This document shows, piece after piece, positions 1 through 6,105 of a stretch of 20,000 nucleotides of DNA. The number at the start of each line of letters is the position of its first letter. The first letter of the stretch is position 1. The stretch lies in the IMG/VR virus record IMGVR_UViG_3300034062_004002. One strand, given 5' to 3'. Under the pieces are notes generated by a model. The model did no database searches. It was given only the letters and a program-made list of their open reading frames with translations, and was not told the DNA's origin. The translations under genes and the position numbers were made by a program. This DNA comes from an uncultured virus (IMG/VR IMGVR_UViG_3300034062_004002). Taxonomy: Duplodnaviria; Heunggongvirae; Uroviricota; Caudoviricetes.

Positions 1-328
1 TCATATTCGCGCTACCGATAGCGTTTGCTGAGTGTATTACTACATCTACAACAGGTTCACCATCCATCCATTTTTCCACTAACCATTTAGTACAATCCAT
101 TCCTGTTTTTTCAGTAATGTTATCGTAATTCAATTCGTAGTTGTGGTAAACATTTTTATGCCATTCCGCCATCGCAGTATCACCTAAGTCATGGTCCAAA
201 GAGATTACATCAATATTTTCGAATCCAACTTCAGTCACCAATTTAACGAAATCTTCATAGTTACGAACAACCAACCAACTTTTGTCTTTTGGACTTCTAA
301 CATCGTCCAAGTAAATTTTCTTTTTCAT
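1..328 (-). CDS. Cyclic-phosphate-processing receiver (cREC) domain protein, 3' end outside the window
   Basis: Not in the ORF track. Manual translation from ATG at 328: MKKKIYLDDVRSPKDKSWLVVRNYEDFVKLVTEVGFENIDVISLDHDLGD...KTGMDCTKWLVEK...VVIHSANAIGSANM. It shows the LDDxR, SLDHDLG, TGxD..W and IHSxN..G motifs of the stand-alone receiver-fold family linked to RNA-repair contexts. Confidence 0.85.
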   Translation of the reverse strand, partial: MKKKIYLDDVRSPKDKSWLVVRNYEDFVKLVTEVGFENIDVISLDHDLGDTAMAEWHKNVYHNYELNYDNITEKTGMDCTKWLVEKWMDGEPVVDVVIHSANAIGSANM

Positions 329-332
329 AACA

Positions 333-340
333 CAAATATA
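333..340 (-). promoter_or_regulatory. Bacteroidota-type -7 promoter element TATATTTG
   Basis: Matches TAnnTTTG and lies 4 nt upstream of the ATG at 328. Confidence 0.7.
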
Positions 341-353
341 CAAATAATTTTTG

Positions 354-384
354 AAATAAAAAACCCCTCCGAATAGAAGGGGTT
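354..384 (-). terminator. Intrinsic terminator closing the large ncRNA
   Basis: Minus-strand stem AACCCCUUC/GGAGGGGUU (384-376 with 370-362) followed by UUUUAUUU. Confidence 0.8.
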
Positions 385-390
385 AAAAAA

Positions 391-853
391 GTCAGACACT
401 CACACCGATAGGGTTCACATCGGAACTGACGTTAGGTTATATAGTATCCCTTAACTGCTATTATCCCTCCCGACTATCCCTTTTGAGTTAAAGAGCTTAG
501 TAACCATCCATCGGGGGTTTCTACTTTCACACTCCGTCCATGTTTACTTATCTAATCGATGCGTCATAGAGTTTTCAACATAGCGTTCAGTGCTATCCTC
601 AGAACATCTTCACCCTACCCCCAAAGTTACGTGGTGAGTCTCACTCGGAAGAAGAGTGTATATTGTAAGATTGTTCAGTATTCTTACAACTTGTGGATTG
701 TATTACGACTAATTAAAGCCCCTTACCCCCTTAACCCATAATGGGGAATCCTTACCTAACCTGTGTAGCCTCCCCCATAGCCTTGAAGCCTTCAAGTCAG
801 GTTCACACGCCATAACAGTCGGATATCTCTGTTAATCGTGGGGTCTTATTTTG
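391..853 (-). ncRNA. Candidate large structured non-coding RNA (~460 nt, ~490 nt with terminator)
   Basis: More GC-rich than its flanks and has no credible ORF. Bounded by a full promoter (859-890) and a terminator (354-384). At least nine helices are visible by eye, e.g. 813-818/829-834, 758-763/798-803, 782-787/791-796, 695-699/747-751, 663-670/682-689, 580-584/592-596, 513-518/617-622, 435-439/501-505, 391-395/426-430. Confidence 0.8.
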
Positions 854-858
854 TTCTA

Positions 859-890
859 CAAATGTAGTAATAGTTTTTCAAACTATCAAA
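859..890 (-). promoter_or_regulatory. Complete Bacteroidota primary-sigma promoter (-33 TTTG, -7 TACATTTG)
   Basis: On the minus strand, TTTG (890-887), then a 20-nt spacer, then TACATTTG (866-859). This fits the TTTG-N19-21-TAnnTTTG consensus and no ORF follows. Confidence 0.8.
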
Positions 891-894
891 TATT

Positions 895-988
895 ACCGTG
901 AAATTGGTTAACCACATCGTGAAAGCCGCCCCTCACGCGTTGTTTAAAGGAATCCGATTGCGGCCTCATCCTATTAACTTATCACGGT
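895..988 (-). ncRNA. Candidate 94-nt irregular hairpin RNA directly downstream of tRNA-Leu
   Basis: Nested helices ACCGUGA/UCACGGU (988-982/901-895), GUUAA/UUAAC (978-974/911-907) and GCCGC/GCGGC (964-960/929-925), plus an apical CCUU/GAGG hairpin. Strand inferred from neighbouring genes. Confidence 0.6.
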
Positions 989-992
989 TTTG

Positions 993-1076
993 TACCCTTG
1001 GAGAGATTCGAACTCTCAATGTCGTTATGACTCCTGAACCTAAATCAGGCGGCTATACCAATTTGCCTACGAGGGT
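993..1076 (-). tRNA. trnL: tRNA-Leu (anticodon UAG), CCA not encoded
   Basis: Acceptor ACCCUCG/CAAGGGU (one mismatch), D loop with UGG, anticodon arm CCUGA-UUUAGGU-UCAGG, long variable arm GUC-AUAAC-GAC, T arm GAGAG-UUCGAAU-CUCUC, discriminator A. Confidence 0.95.
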
Positions 1077-1081
1077 ATTTT

Positions 1082-1288
1082 TTATTGTTTCACATACATC
1101 ATCATCTCACGCATTTTGAGAATCAGTAACTCCATTTCATCTTCATTGAGATACATTCTTGGATTTCCTGTTTTATCATCCAATTCTTTTGTTTCTACAA
1201 TGATACCGTCAAATGTTTCTGTTGGATAAACTTCTACATTCTGCTCTTCTGTTGATATTGTTATTTTACACCAAATTTTATTTTTCAT
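1082..1288 (-). CDS. Hypothetical phage protein (68 aa)
   Basis: ATG-initiated ORF packed 1 nt from its upstream neighbour and co-oriented with the cluster. Confidence 0.75.
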   Translation of the reverse strand: MKNKIWCKITISTEEQNVEVYPTETFDGIIVETKELDDKTGNPRMYLNEDEMELLILKMREMMMYVKQ

Positions 1289-1289
1289 A

Positions 1290-1679
1290 TTATTTATTTT
1301 TAGCCATTTCTATTAATCTAATTAGACATTCAAGTTCTGCTTCTTCTGGAGAATGTAAATTAAAACTTTCATCCCAATTATTACTAAAGTCAGTAATCTC
1401 GTAGCACCATTTTTTGGTATCTTGTAATAAGGCAAGTGGATGAATATAACTTATTAAACCATACTTCTCTCTAAACCATCTAAATGATTGAGAGAATGTT
1501 GGTGCATGACAAACATTATCTACCCATTTAAATTGTTCTTTTTCTGATTGAATTTGTATTAATTTAAACGGTATTTCTTTATTATCAGCAAAACTCACAT
1601 AATAACCAAAACAAGGTTCATCAAAGCCTAATTCTTTAAGTGCTAATGCTTGTTCGTATGGTATAAATTCGTTTTTCAT
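1290..1679 (-). CDS. Hypothetical phage protein, paralog of 1872-2342
   Basis: Shares EFxxYxQALALKELGFDEP, APTFSQxFxxFREKY and EEAELxCLIxLIExxKNK with 1872-2342. Confidence 0.9.
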   Translation of the reverse strand: MKNEFIPYEQALALKELGFDEPCFGYYVSFADNKEIPFKLIQIQSEKEQFKWVDNVCHAPTFSQSFRWFREKYGLISYIHPLALLQDTKKWCYEITDFSNNWDESFNLHSPEEAELECLIRLIEMAKNK

Positions 1680-1699
1680 GTTATTTCTTTAAAAGTTTA

Positions 1700-1870
1700 T
1701 TAATTTTGATACTTGTTGTTTAATGAGGTAATAAATACTTTTAAAGTTTTGCCATCATCTTGATAAGACAATACCACTCTGCAATTGTAATTTGTGTATG
1801 CTCTGCCTTCCTCATCAATAACTTCAAATCTTGTTACTTTTGTAGTGTCGGCTTTATTTTCTTTTGTCAT
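1700..1870 (-). CDS. Hypothetical phage protein (56 aa, VTRFEVIDEEGRAY...SYQDDGKTLKVF)
   Basis: Start moved to the ATG at 1870, 1 nt after the upstream stop, which removes the overlap in the ORF track. Confidence 0.8.
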   Translation of the reverse strand: MTKENKADTTKVTRFEVIDEEGRAYTNYNCRVVLSYQDDGKTLKVFITSLNNKYQN

Positions 1871-1871
1871 G

Positions 1872-2342
1872 TTATTTGTTTTTACAGATTTCAATTAATT
1901 TAATTAAACAAGCGAGTTCTGCTTCTTCATAGGTTTCTGATGATTTATGTTTAAAATCTTTTTCTACCAAACTATCATATGTTTCCATTGATTTATCTGA
2001 TGCAATATCATCTTCATCACCTAATTCATCATCAGTAGGTAAAACTAAACTAAAAATATCGTAGTCAAATTCCGACCCACCTTTGTACTTACTCCAACTT
2101 ATTTCATGTACTAAACTATACTTCTCTCTAAAAAACTTAAAACATTGGGAAAACGTTGGTGCAAGAACCTTTAAATTACTTGTTGTGGCTTCATTAATTC
2201 TGTTTAATGAGCTAATGTCCCAGTAATCAGATGTACATTTTTGCAAAACACCTTTGCTATCATATGCTTTAAAAGATGGTTCATCAAACCCTAACTCTTT
2301 AAGAGCTAATGCTTGGTTGTATGTGCAAAATTCTTTATTCAT
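1872..2342 (-). CDS. Hypothetical phage protein, paralog of 1290-1679, with an acidic insertion
   Basis: Same three conserved blocks as 1290-1679, plus an extra acidic segment PTDDELGDEDDIASD. Confidence 0.9.
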   Translation of the reverse strand: MNKEFCTYNQALALKELGFDEPSFKAYDSKGVLQKCTSDYWDISSLNRINEATTSNLKVLAPTFSQCFKFFREKYSLVHEISWSKYKGGSEFDYDIFSLVLPTDDELGDEDDIASDKSMETYDSLVEKDFKHKSSETYEEAELACLIKLIEICKNK

Positions 2343-2360
2343 TTTTATATAATTTATTTG

Positions 2361-2448
2361 TGTTGGAGACAGGATTCGAACCTGTATTCAGGGACTTAAA
2401 GTAAATTCCCCCTCTAAGTTTGTATGGCAACCATTACGCCACTCCAAC
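2361..2448 (-). tRNA. tRNA-like element with a non-canonical D/anticodon region (no assignable anticodon)
   Basis: Perfect acceptor GUUGGAG/CUCCAAC with discriminator A, perfect T arm ACAGG-UUCGAAU-CCUGU, and D-like GGCG-UAAUGGU-UGCC. The centre (AUACAAACUUAGAGGGGGAAUUUACUUUAAGUCCCUGAAU) does not form a 5-bp stem with a 7-nt loop in the canonical position. Confidence 0.7.
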
Positions 2449-2485
2449 TATATTGCTCTTATTCTAATACCCTTTTATTTCGAGC

Positions 2486-2601
2486 TAACCTGCTTATCTA
2501 TGAGAATGTATCCGATGATACTCCGCTCCTCTTTAGTAGAACGTCCACTTCTGAGTGTGGACCCTTTCTCAACAATACGAGTTTTTCAAGGGCACAGGTT
2601 A
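2486..2601 (-). ncRNA. Candidate 116-nt five-way-junction RNA
   Basis: Closing stem UAACCUG/CAGGUUA (2601-2595/2492-2486) encloses four adjacent hairpins: CCCUU/AAGGG, UCCAC/GUGGA, CGUUCU/GGAGCG and GUAUC/GAUAC. Confidence 0.65.
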
Positions 2602-2630
2602 TTAATTTCTATTTTTGTAGAACGTCCACT
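2536..2630. repeat. 14-bp perfect direct repeat GTAGAACGTCCACT (2536-2549 and 2617-2630)
   Basis: Both copies read directly from the sequence. Confidence 0.9.
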
Positions 2631-2857
2631 AACATCGAAGTGTATCATCATTATTCATTGGGAATATTGAATTTGGTTTGTGAATAGCATTTAATTCAGC
2701 TTGGTGTTTGTCATCACCCATACTTGGGTCAATTTCGTGTTTAAAATACCAAATTCAAATGGTTCTTAATCACTTGTGTTTGTTCTTTGGTTATTGTTTC
2801 AGCATTGCTTACTTCAAAAAAACCTTGTAGCCAAAAGGCAAAATCTCTACTTTGCAT
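2629..2857 (-). pseudogene. Small phage gene interrupted by a +1 frameshift (TTT TAA at 2746-2741); pseudogene, sequencing error or recoded gene
   Basis: ATG at 2857 gives MQSRDFAFWLQGFFEVSNAETITKEQTQVIKNHLNLVF then TAA. Skipping one T continues KHEIDPSMGDDKHQAELNAIHKPNSIFPMNNDDTLRC to TAG at 2631-2629 (75 aa in total). Missed by the ORF track. Confidence 0.7.
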
Positions 2858-2858
2858 A

Positions 2859-3137
2859 TTATTTTAAATTAAAGGTTAACAATTTTTGAACTTCTATCAT
2901 GTACTTGGTTACCTCTTCTTCAGAAAGGTGTCCTAATACATCGTTAGTTACAGGTGTTTTGTATGTGATATCCTCACCTGAATCTAATACGGCCAATTCA
3001 TATAGACCCATTTTTCCACCATAAGAGAACGGTGTTTTAATTACCGATACACCGTATCCGTTATCAAACATCATAACTGAATGGATACCATCCGCAGCAC
3101 GATGAGGTCGGAATTTTAAATCTTCGAAAGTTTTCAT
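2859..3137 (-). CDS. Hypothetical phage protein (FDNGYGVSV...SYGG..GLYELAVL family)
   Basis: Clean 92-aa ORF with tight spacing. The motif pattern is familiar from small phage proteins of unknown function. Confidence 0.85.
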   Translation of the reverse strand: MKTFEDLKFRPHRAADGIHSVMMFDNGYGVSVIKTPFSYGGKMGLYELAVLDSGEDITYKTPVTNDVLGHLSEEEVTKYMIEVQKLLTFNLK

Positions 3138-3139
3138 TT

Positions 3140-3727
3140 TTATTTTAATTTAAGTTTTAATTTACAGTTATTACAAAATTCACCATTACATGTCATTATG
3201 TTATGAGTTGCCATAATACATTTGTTATTAACACAATGGTCCATTCCTAACGTATGACCAAATTCGTGAAGAACAGTTTTTCTCACATGATTACCAGTAT
3301 TTGAGATAATAATGAATTTCCCATTTTTTTTTGCTGCCCCCGCTTTATATTTAGAACTAAGAGATTCGTTTGTAACATATACGGTCTTATTTTTTGGGTT
3401 AAGTGAAACCATACATTTATTTTCATCTAATCTATCAGTATTAGTGACATATAATTCAGAAGTAGTTTTAATTGGGTCAATAATTTCACACTTAAACCCA
3501 AAAACCTCCGTAATTTCTTTTGACGCAGTTTCTAAATCAGATTGGTTAAAATCGCCTAAACCTGAGATATAAATAACTTGGTCCTCAACTGAAATATCTG
3601 ACTTAGGGATATCTCCACCATTTGTCATTTTTGAAAATATCTCACTGTAATTTTTACAATGGTATTCTTCTTTCAACGCCACCATAACCCCAAAAGAAAT
3701 AAAAAGAAATCCTAATATATTTTTCAT
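3140..3727 (-). CDS. Membrane-anchored or secreted zinc metallopeptidase, archaemetzincin (M54)-like
   Basis: HEFGHTLGMDHC (HExxHxxGxxH) followed by CxxxxCIM (Met-turn) and FCNNC, with an N-terminal hydrophobic segment. Start moved to the ATG at 3727 because TATCTTTG lies 4 nt upstream. Confidence 0.85.
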   Translation of the reverse strand: MKNILGFLFISFGVMVALKEEYHCKNYSEIFSKMTNGGDIPKSDISVEDQVIYISGLGDFNQSDLETASKEITEVFGFKCEIIDPIKTTSELYVTNTDRLDENKCMVSLNPKNKTVYVTNESLSSKYKAGAAKKNGKFIIISNTGNHVRKTVLHEFGHTLGMDHCVNNKCIMATHNIMTCNGEFCNNCKLKLKLK

Positions 3728-3731
3728 AAAA

Positions 3732-3739
3732 CAAAGATA
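3732..3739 (-). promoter_or_regulatory. -7 promoter element TATCTTTG
   Basis: TAnnTTTG, 4 nt upstream of the ATG at 3727. Confidence 0.7.
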
Positions 3740-3767
3740 CAAAAAAAATTTAACCATCCAAGAAAAA

Positions 3768-4001
3768 TCAAATATTTTTTGTGTCTTCTTTCACATCTTT
3801 ATTAAAAGTCGTTAAATCGTATTTCCACTCCTTCCAATAATCAAAATCTTTTAATCGTTCTAAAGTTTGTTCAGGTATTAAGATAAACCCTTCAGGGGCA
3901 ATCCCATCATATTTGTGATAATGAGAATTTTTAATTTTATCCTTAATCATTTGACAAAATAGTTCGTCATTAACAAACTCATTATGTTCTTGTTTTCCCA
4001 T
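3768..4001 (-). CDS. Hypothetical protein (77 aa)
   Basis: Start moved to the ATG at 4001 (MGKQEHNEF...). The longer call runs into the tRNA minihelix. Confidence 0.75.
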   Translation of the reverse strand: MGKQEHNEFVNDELFCQMIKDKIKNSHYHKYDGIAPEGFILIPEQTLERLKDFDYWKEWKYDLTTFNKDVKEDTKNI

Positions 4002-4015
4002 ATAAATTAAAATAG

Positions 4016-4053
4016 TAGTCCCGACAGGACTCAAACCTGTGACCTACGGAACT
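4016..4053 (-). pseudogene. Collapsed tRNA (acceptor stem plus T arm only, 38-nt minihelix)
   Basis: AGUUCCG-UAGGUC-ACAGG-UUUGAGU-CCUGU-CGGGACU-A: 7-bp acceptor, 5-bp T stem, no D or anticodon arm. Confidence 0.75.
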
Positions 4054-4059
4054 GTTTGA

Positions 4060-4236
4060 CTAAATTTTCTTAACCTCGTATTTGTAACCCGAATCAGAGT
4101 TTTGTTCAAATAGTACTCTCATAGATTCCGCTTCCTCAAGAGTGTCAAACTCCCAAATTTCCGAATCACCATTAATTAAAATTACAGGAACGTTAATACC
4201 TGATTTATTTTTTACGTGTTTAATAATAACAAACAT
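4060..4236 (-). CDS. Hypothetical protein (58 aa), below the ORF-track cutoff
   Basis: MFVIIKHVKNKSGINVPVILINGDSEIWEFDTLEEAESMRVLFEQNSDSGYKYEVKKI*. It fills the gap and is preceded by a promoter-like TACATTTA. Confidence 0.8.
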   Translation of the reverse strand: MFVIIKHVKNKSGINVPVILINGDSEIWEFDTLEEAESMRVLFEQNSDSGYKYEVKKI

Positions 4237-4290
4237 ATCTTTTATTTTTTGTAAATGTAAGAATATTTTTTTAAAAAATCAAAGTTAATC

Positions 4291-6105
4291 TCAACCTTTT
4301 CTTCTGTTATTACTACTAAAAATATTTGGAGGAGAACTTTTTTTATTTTTTTTAACGTCACCAAACTCTCTTGATTGATAGACTAATGAATCTTTTTTAA
4401 TTTCGGTTATCTTCATTCTGTCAACAGGTTTATTTTCTCTAATAGGTTTTATATGATTTACAGGGATATAAACTCCTTTTTGTTGGGTAATTTTATTTAT
4501 TAAATCATAATCAACCTTTGTTTTAGGTAATTTGGGGTTAGTTAGAATATTACTCAACACCTCATTAACAACCATCTTTTTATGTTTAATTTCATCGAAC
4601 CCTTCAATAGGGTTAAAATGATTGACAAAAACTTCGTAGAATTGAGATATCTGTAACATAGGTAAAGGTCCAAATGTTTTTTTATTTTCAATGAGGTTAT
4701 TATATTTAGTCCTCACTATTGACCCATAACCTGTCTGTCTTGATTGTGTTAAACTATTTTGATGTAGTCTTCTATAAAATAAAACTGTTGGGCTATTAAT
4801 TGATTTACAATTATTTTTATATAACCTACCCATAAAATCTGTATCAGCCGATGTTCTCCAACCTTCAAACCCATTCATAGATAAGAATAACTCTTTTTTT
4901 ATACTAAAAACCCCTTCACCCCAAAAGTTTTCTTTACTTACAAAATTATTGTTAGGTGTTTCTCCTGTAAAATTTAAATATTTAGGTCTTACGAAATCAA
5001 TAAACATTTGTAATCTAAGAATTTCTTTAATCATATTTTCCCCCATAACATCATCGGAATCAAAAAATAGAATTATATTTGAATTAGAATTTTTAACTAA
5101 TGTGTTTTTAACAATGTATGGTCCAACATTTTGTTGGAAATAGAAAAATCGTATCCTATCATCAAAAATATTATGTTTAATAAACTCTAAAGTTTTTTCA
5201 CAATTATCGATACCCACTAAAATTTCACAATTCAACGACTTTACCGACTCAATAACTGACGATAAACATTGTATTATAAATTCGGTATTATTAAACGTAG
5301 GTATTATTATTGAAATCTCTTTGTTTGTCAGTATGTTAATTTGAGGTCGGTTAATATATTTTAATTTAATATCATTAAAAGACTCACCATTAACTTCAAT
5401 AAAAGGAGCAATCTTTAACACATTTAAAGGTCCATGTTGGTTTTTTATTTGTTTTATTTTCTTTTTTTCGTGATATTTTTTTCTTAAAGGAGAATTCATA
5501 CCAGTAATACCACCACCCGTTAAATTCGACTCATGTCTTCTATAAAAAAGACCCACCGTATTTAAAGTTTTTATTTTTTTTCCACTGGACAACATCCTCC
5601 AATAAAACTCACCATCCGAAGCACAAACCCACGGCTCAAACCCATTTGAGTCAGTAAAAACTTTTTTAATTATTCCAAAAGTACCTGAATGGTAGTTGGA
5701 ATCAGTCATAACCAATTCTATATTAGTAGGTAATGTAAGTTTTCCTTGGAATGTCCTATACCCATATCTAACATAATCATAAGATTTTAAAGAGTCGATA
5801 ACCTTAGTTACTAACGTAGTTAACATAACATCATCAGAATCAAAAAATAATAGTTTATCATATTTTGAAATTGATACCAAAGTATTACGAATAATATACG
5901 TCCCGACTTTTTCGGTAAAAAAAAGAATTTTAATATTTGGGGGGAATGTTTTCTTAATTAAATTAAGATATGTTAAGGTTTTTTCACAGTTATCAATACC
6001 AACAAGTAACTCATATTCAGTATTTCCACAAGACTTTACTATAGAATCTAAAGCCTCTTTAATATAAAGAGTGTTATTGTGTGCGGTTACAATTATTGAT
6101 ATCAT
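4291..6105 (-). CDS. Glycosyltransferase with two tandem GT2 (GT-A) domains
   Basis: Two copies of ISII(V/I)xxxNN...EI/LLVGIDNC...VGxYI..NTLV...LFFDSDD...NGFExW..xD..F..R...FYRR, followed by a basic C-terminal tail. Confidence 0.93.
   Translation of the reverse strand: MISIIVTAHNNTLYIKEALDSIVKSCGNTEYELLVGIDNCEKTLTYLNLIKKTFPPNIKILFFTEKVGTYIIRNTLVSISKYDKLLFFDSDDVMLTTLVTKVIDSLKSYDYVRYGYRTFQGKLTLPTNIELVMTDSNYHSGTFGIIKKVFTDSNGFEPWVCASDGEFYWRMLSSGKKIKTLNTVGLFYRRHESNLTGGGITGMNSPLRKKYHEKKKIKQIKNQHGPLNVLKIAPFIEVNGESFNDIKLKYINRPQINILTNKEISIIIPTFNNTEFIIQCLSSVIESVKSLNCEILVGIDNCEKTLEFIKHNIFDDRIRFFYFQQNVGPYIVKNTLVKNSNSNIILFFDSDDVMGENMIKEILRLQMFIDFVRPKYLNFTGETPNNNFVSKENFWGEGVFSIKKELFLSMNGFEGWRTSADTDFMGRLYKNNCKSINSPTVLFYRRLHQNSLTQSRQTGYGSIVRTKYNNLIENKKTFGPLPMLQISQFYEVFVNHFNPIEGFDEIKHKKMVVNEVLSNILTNPKLPKTKVDYDLINKITQQKGVYIPVNHIKPIRENKPVDRMKITEIKKDSLVYQSREFGDVKKNKKSSPPNIFSSNNRRKG

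Noticed and set aside
391..853. Large ncRNA as tmRNA, RNase P RNA or a group I/II intron
   Set aside because: There is no tRNA-like 3' end with T arm and CCA, no GAGGAAAGUCC-type P4 signature, no interrupted host gene and no recognisable intron termini.
895..988. 94-nt hairpin as SRP (4.5S) RNA or hammerhead ribozyme
   Set aside because: It lacks the SRP domain IV CAGG...GGAA...AGCAG motif and the hammerhead CUGAUGA...GAAA core on either strand.
191..1404. Plus-strand ORFs 191-376, 559-741, 898-1119 and 1213-1404
   Set aside because: They are antisense shadows of the cREC gene, the ncRNAs, tRNA-Leu and small minus-strand genes, with no protein-like features.
1290..2342. Paralog pair as a diversity-generating retroelement TR/VR
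   Set aside because: Differences are extensive and not adenine-specific, both copies are full genes, and there is no reverse transcriptase in the window.
2394..2402. CUUUAAG read as an ochre-suppressor (UUA) anticodon loop, tempting given the nearby premature TAA
   Set aside because: The flanks AUUUA and UCCCU do not pair, so there is no anticodon stem. The nearby gene needs a frameshift rather than readthrough.
2536..2630. Direct repeat as a CRISPR mini-array
   Set aside because: Only two 14-bp copies, 67 nt apart, and no cas genes in the window.
3728..4034. ORF-track N-terminal extensions of 3140-3757 and 3768-4034 (likewise 1700-1894)
   Set aside because: The extensions run through a promoter, the tRNA minihelix or the upstream gene. 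Downstream ATGs at 3727, 4001 and 1870 fit better.
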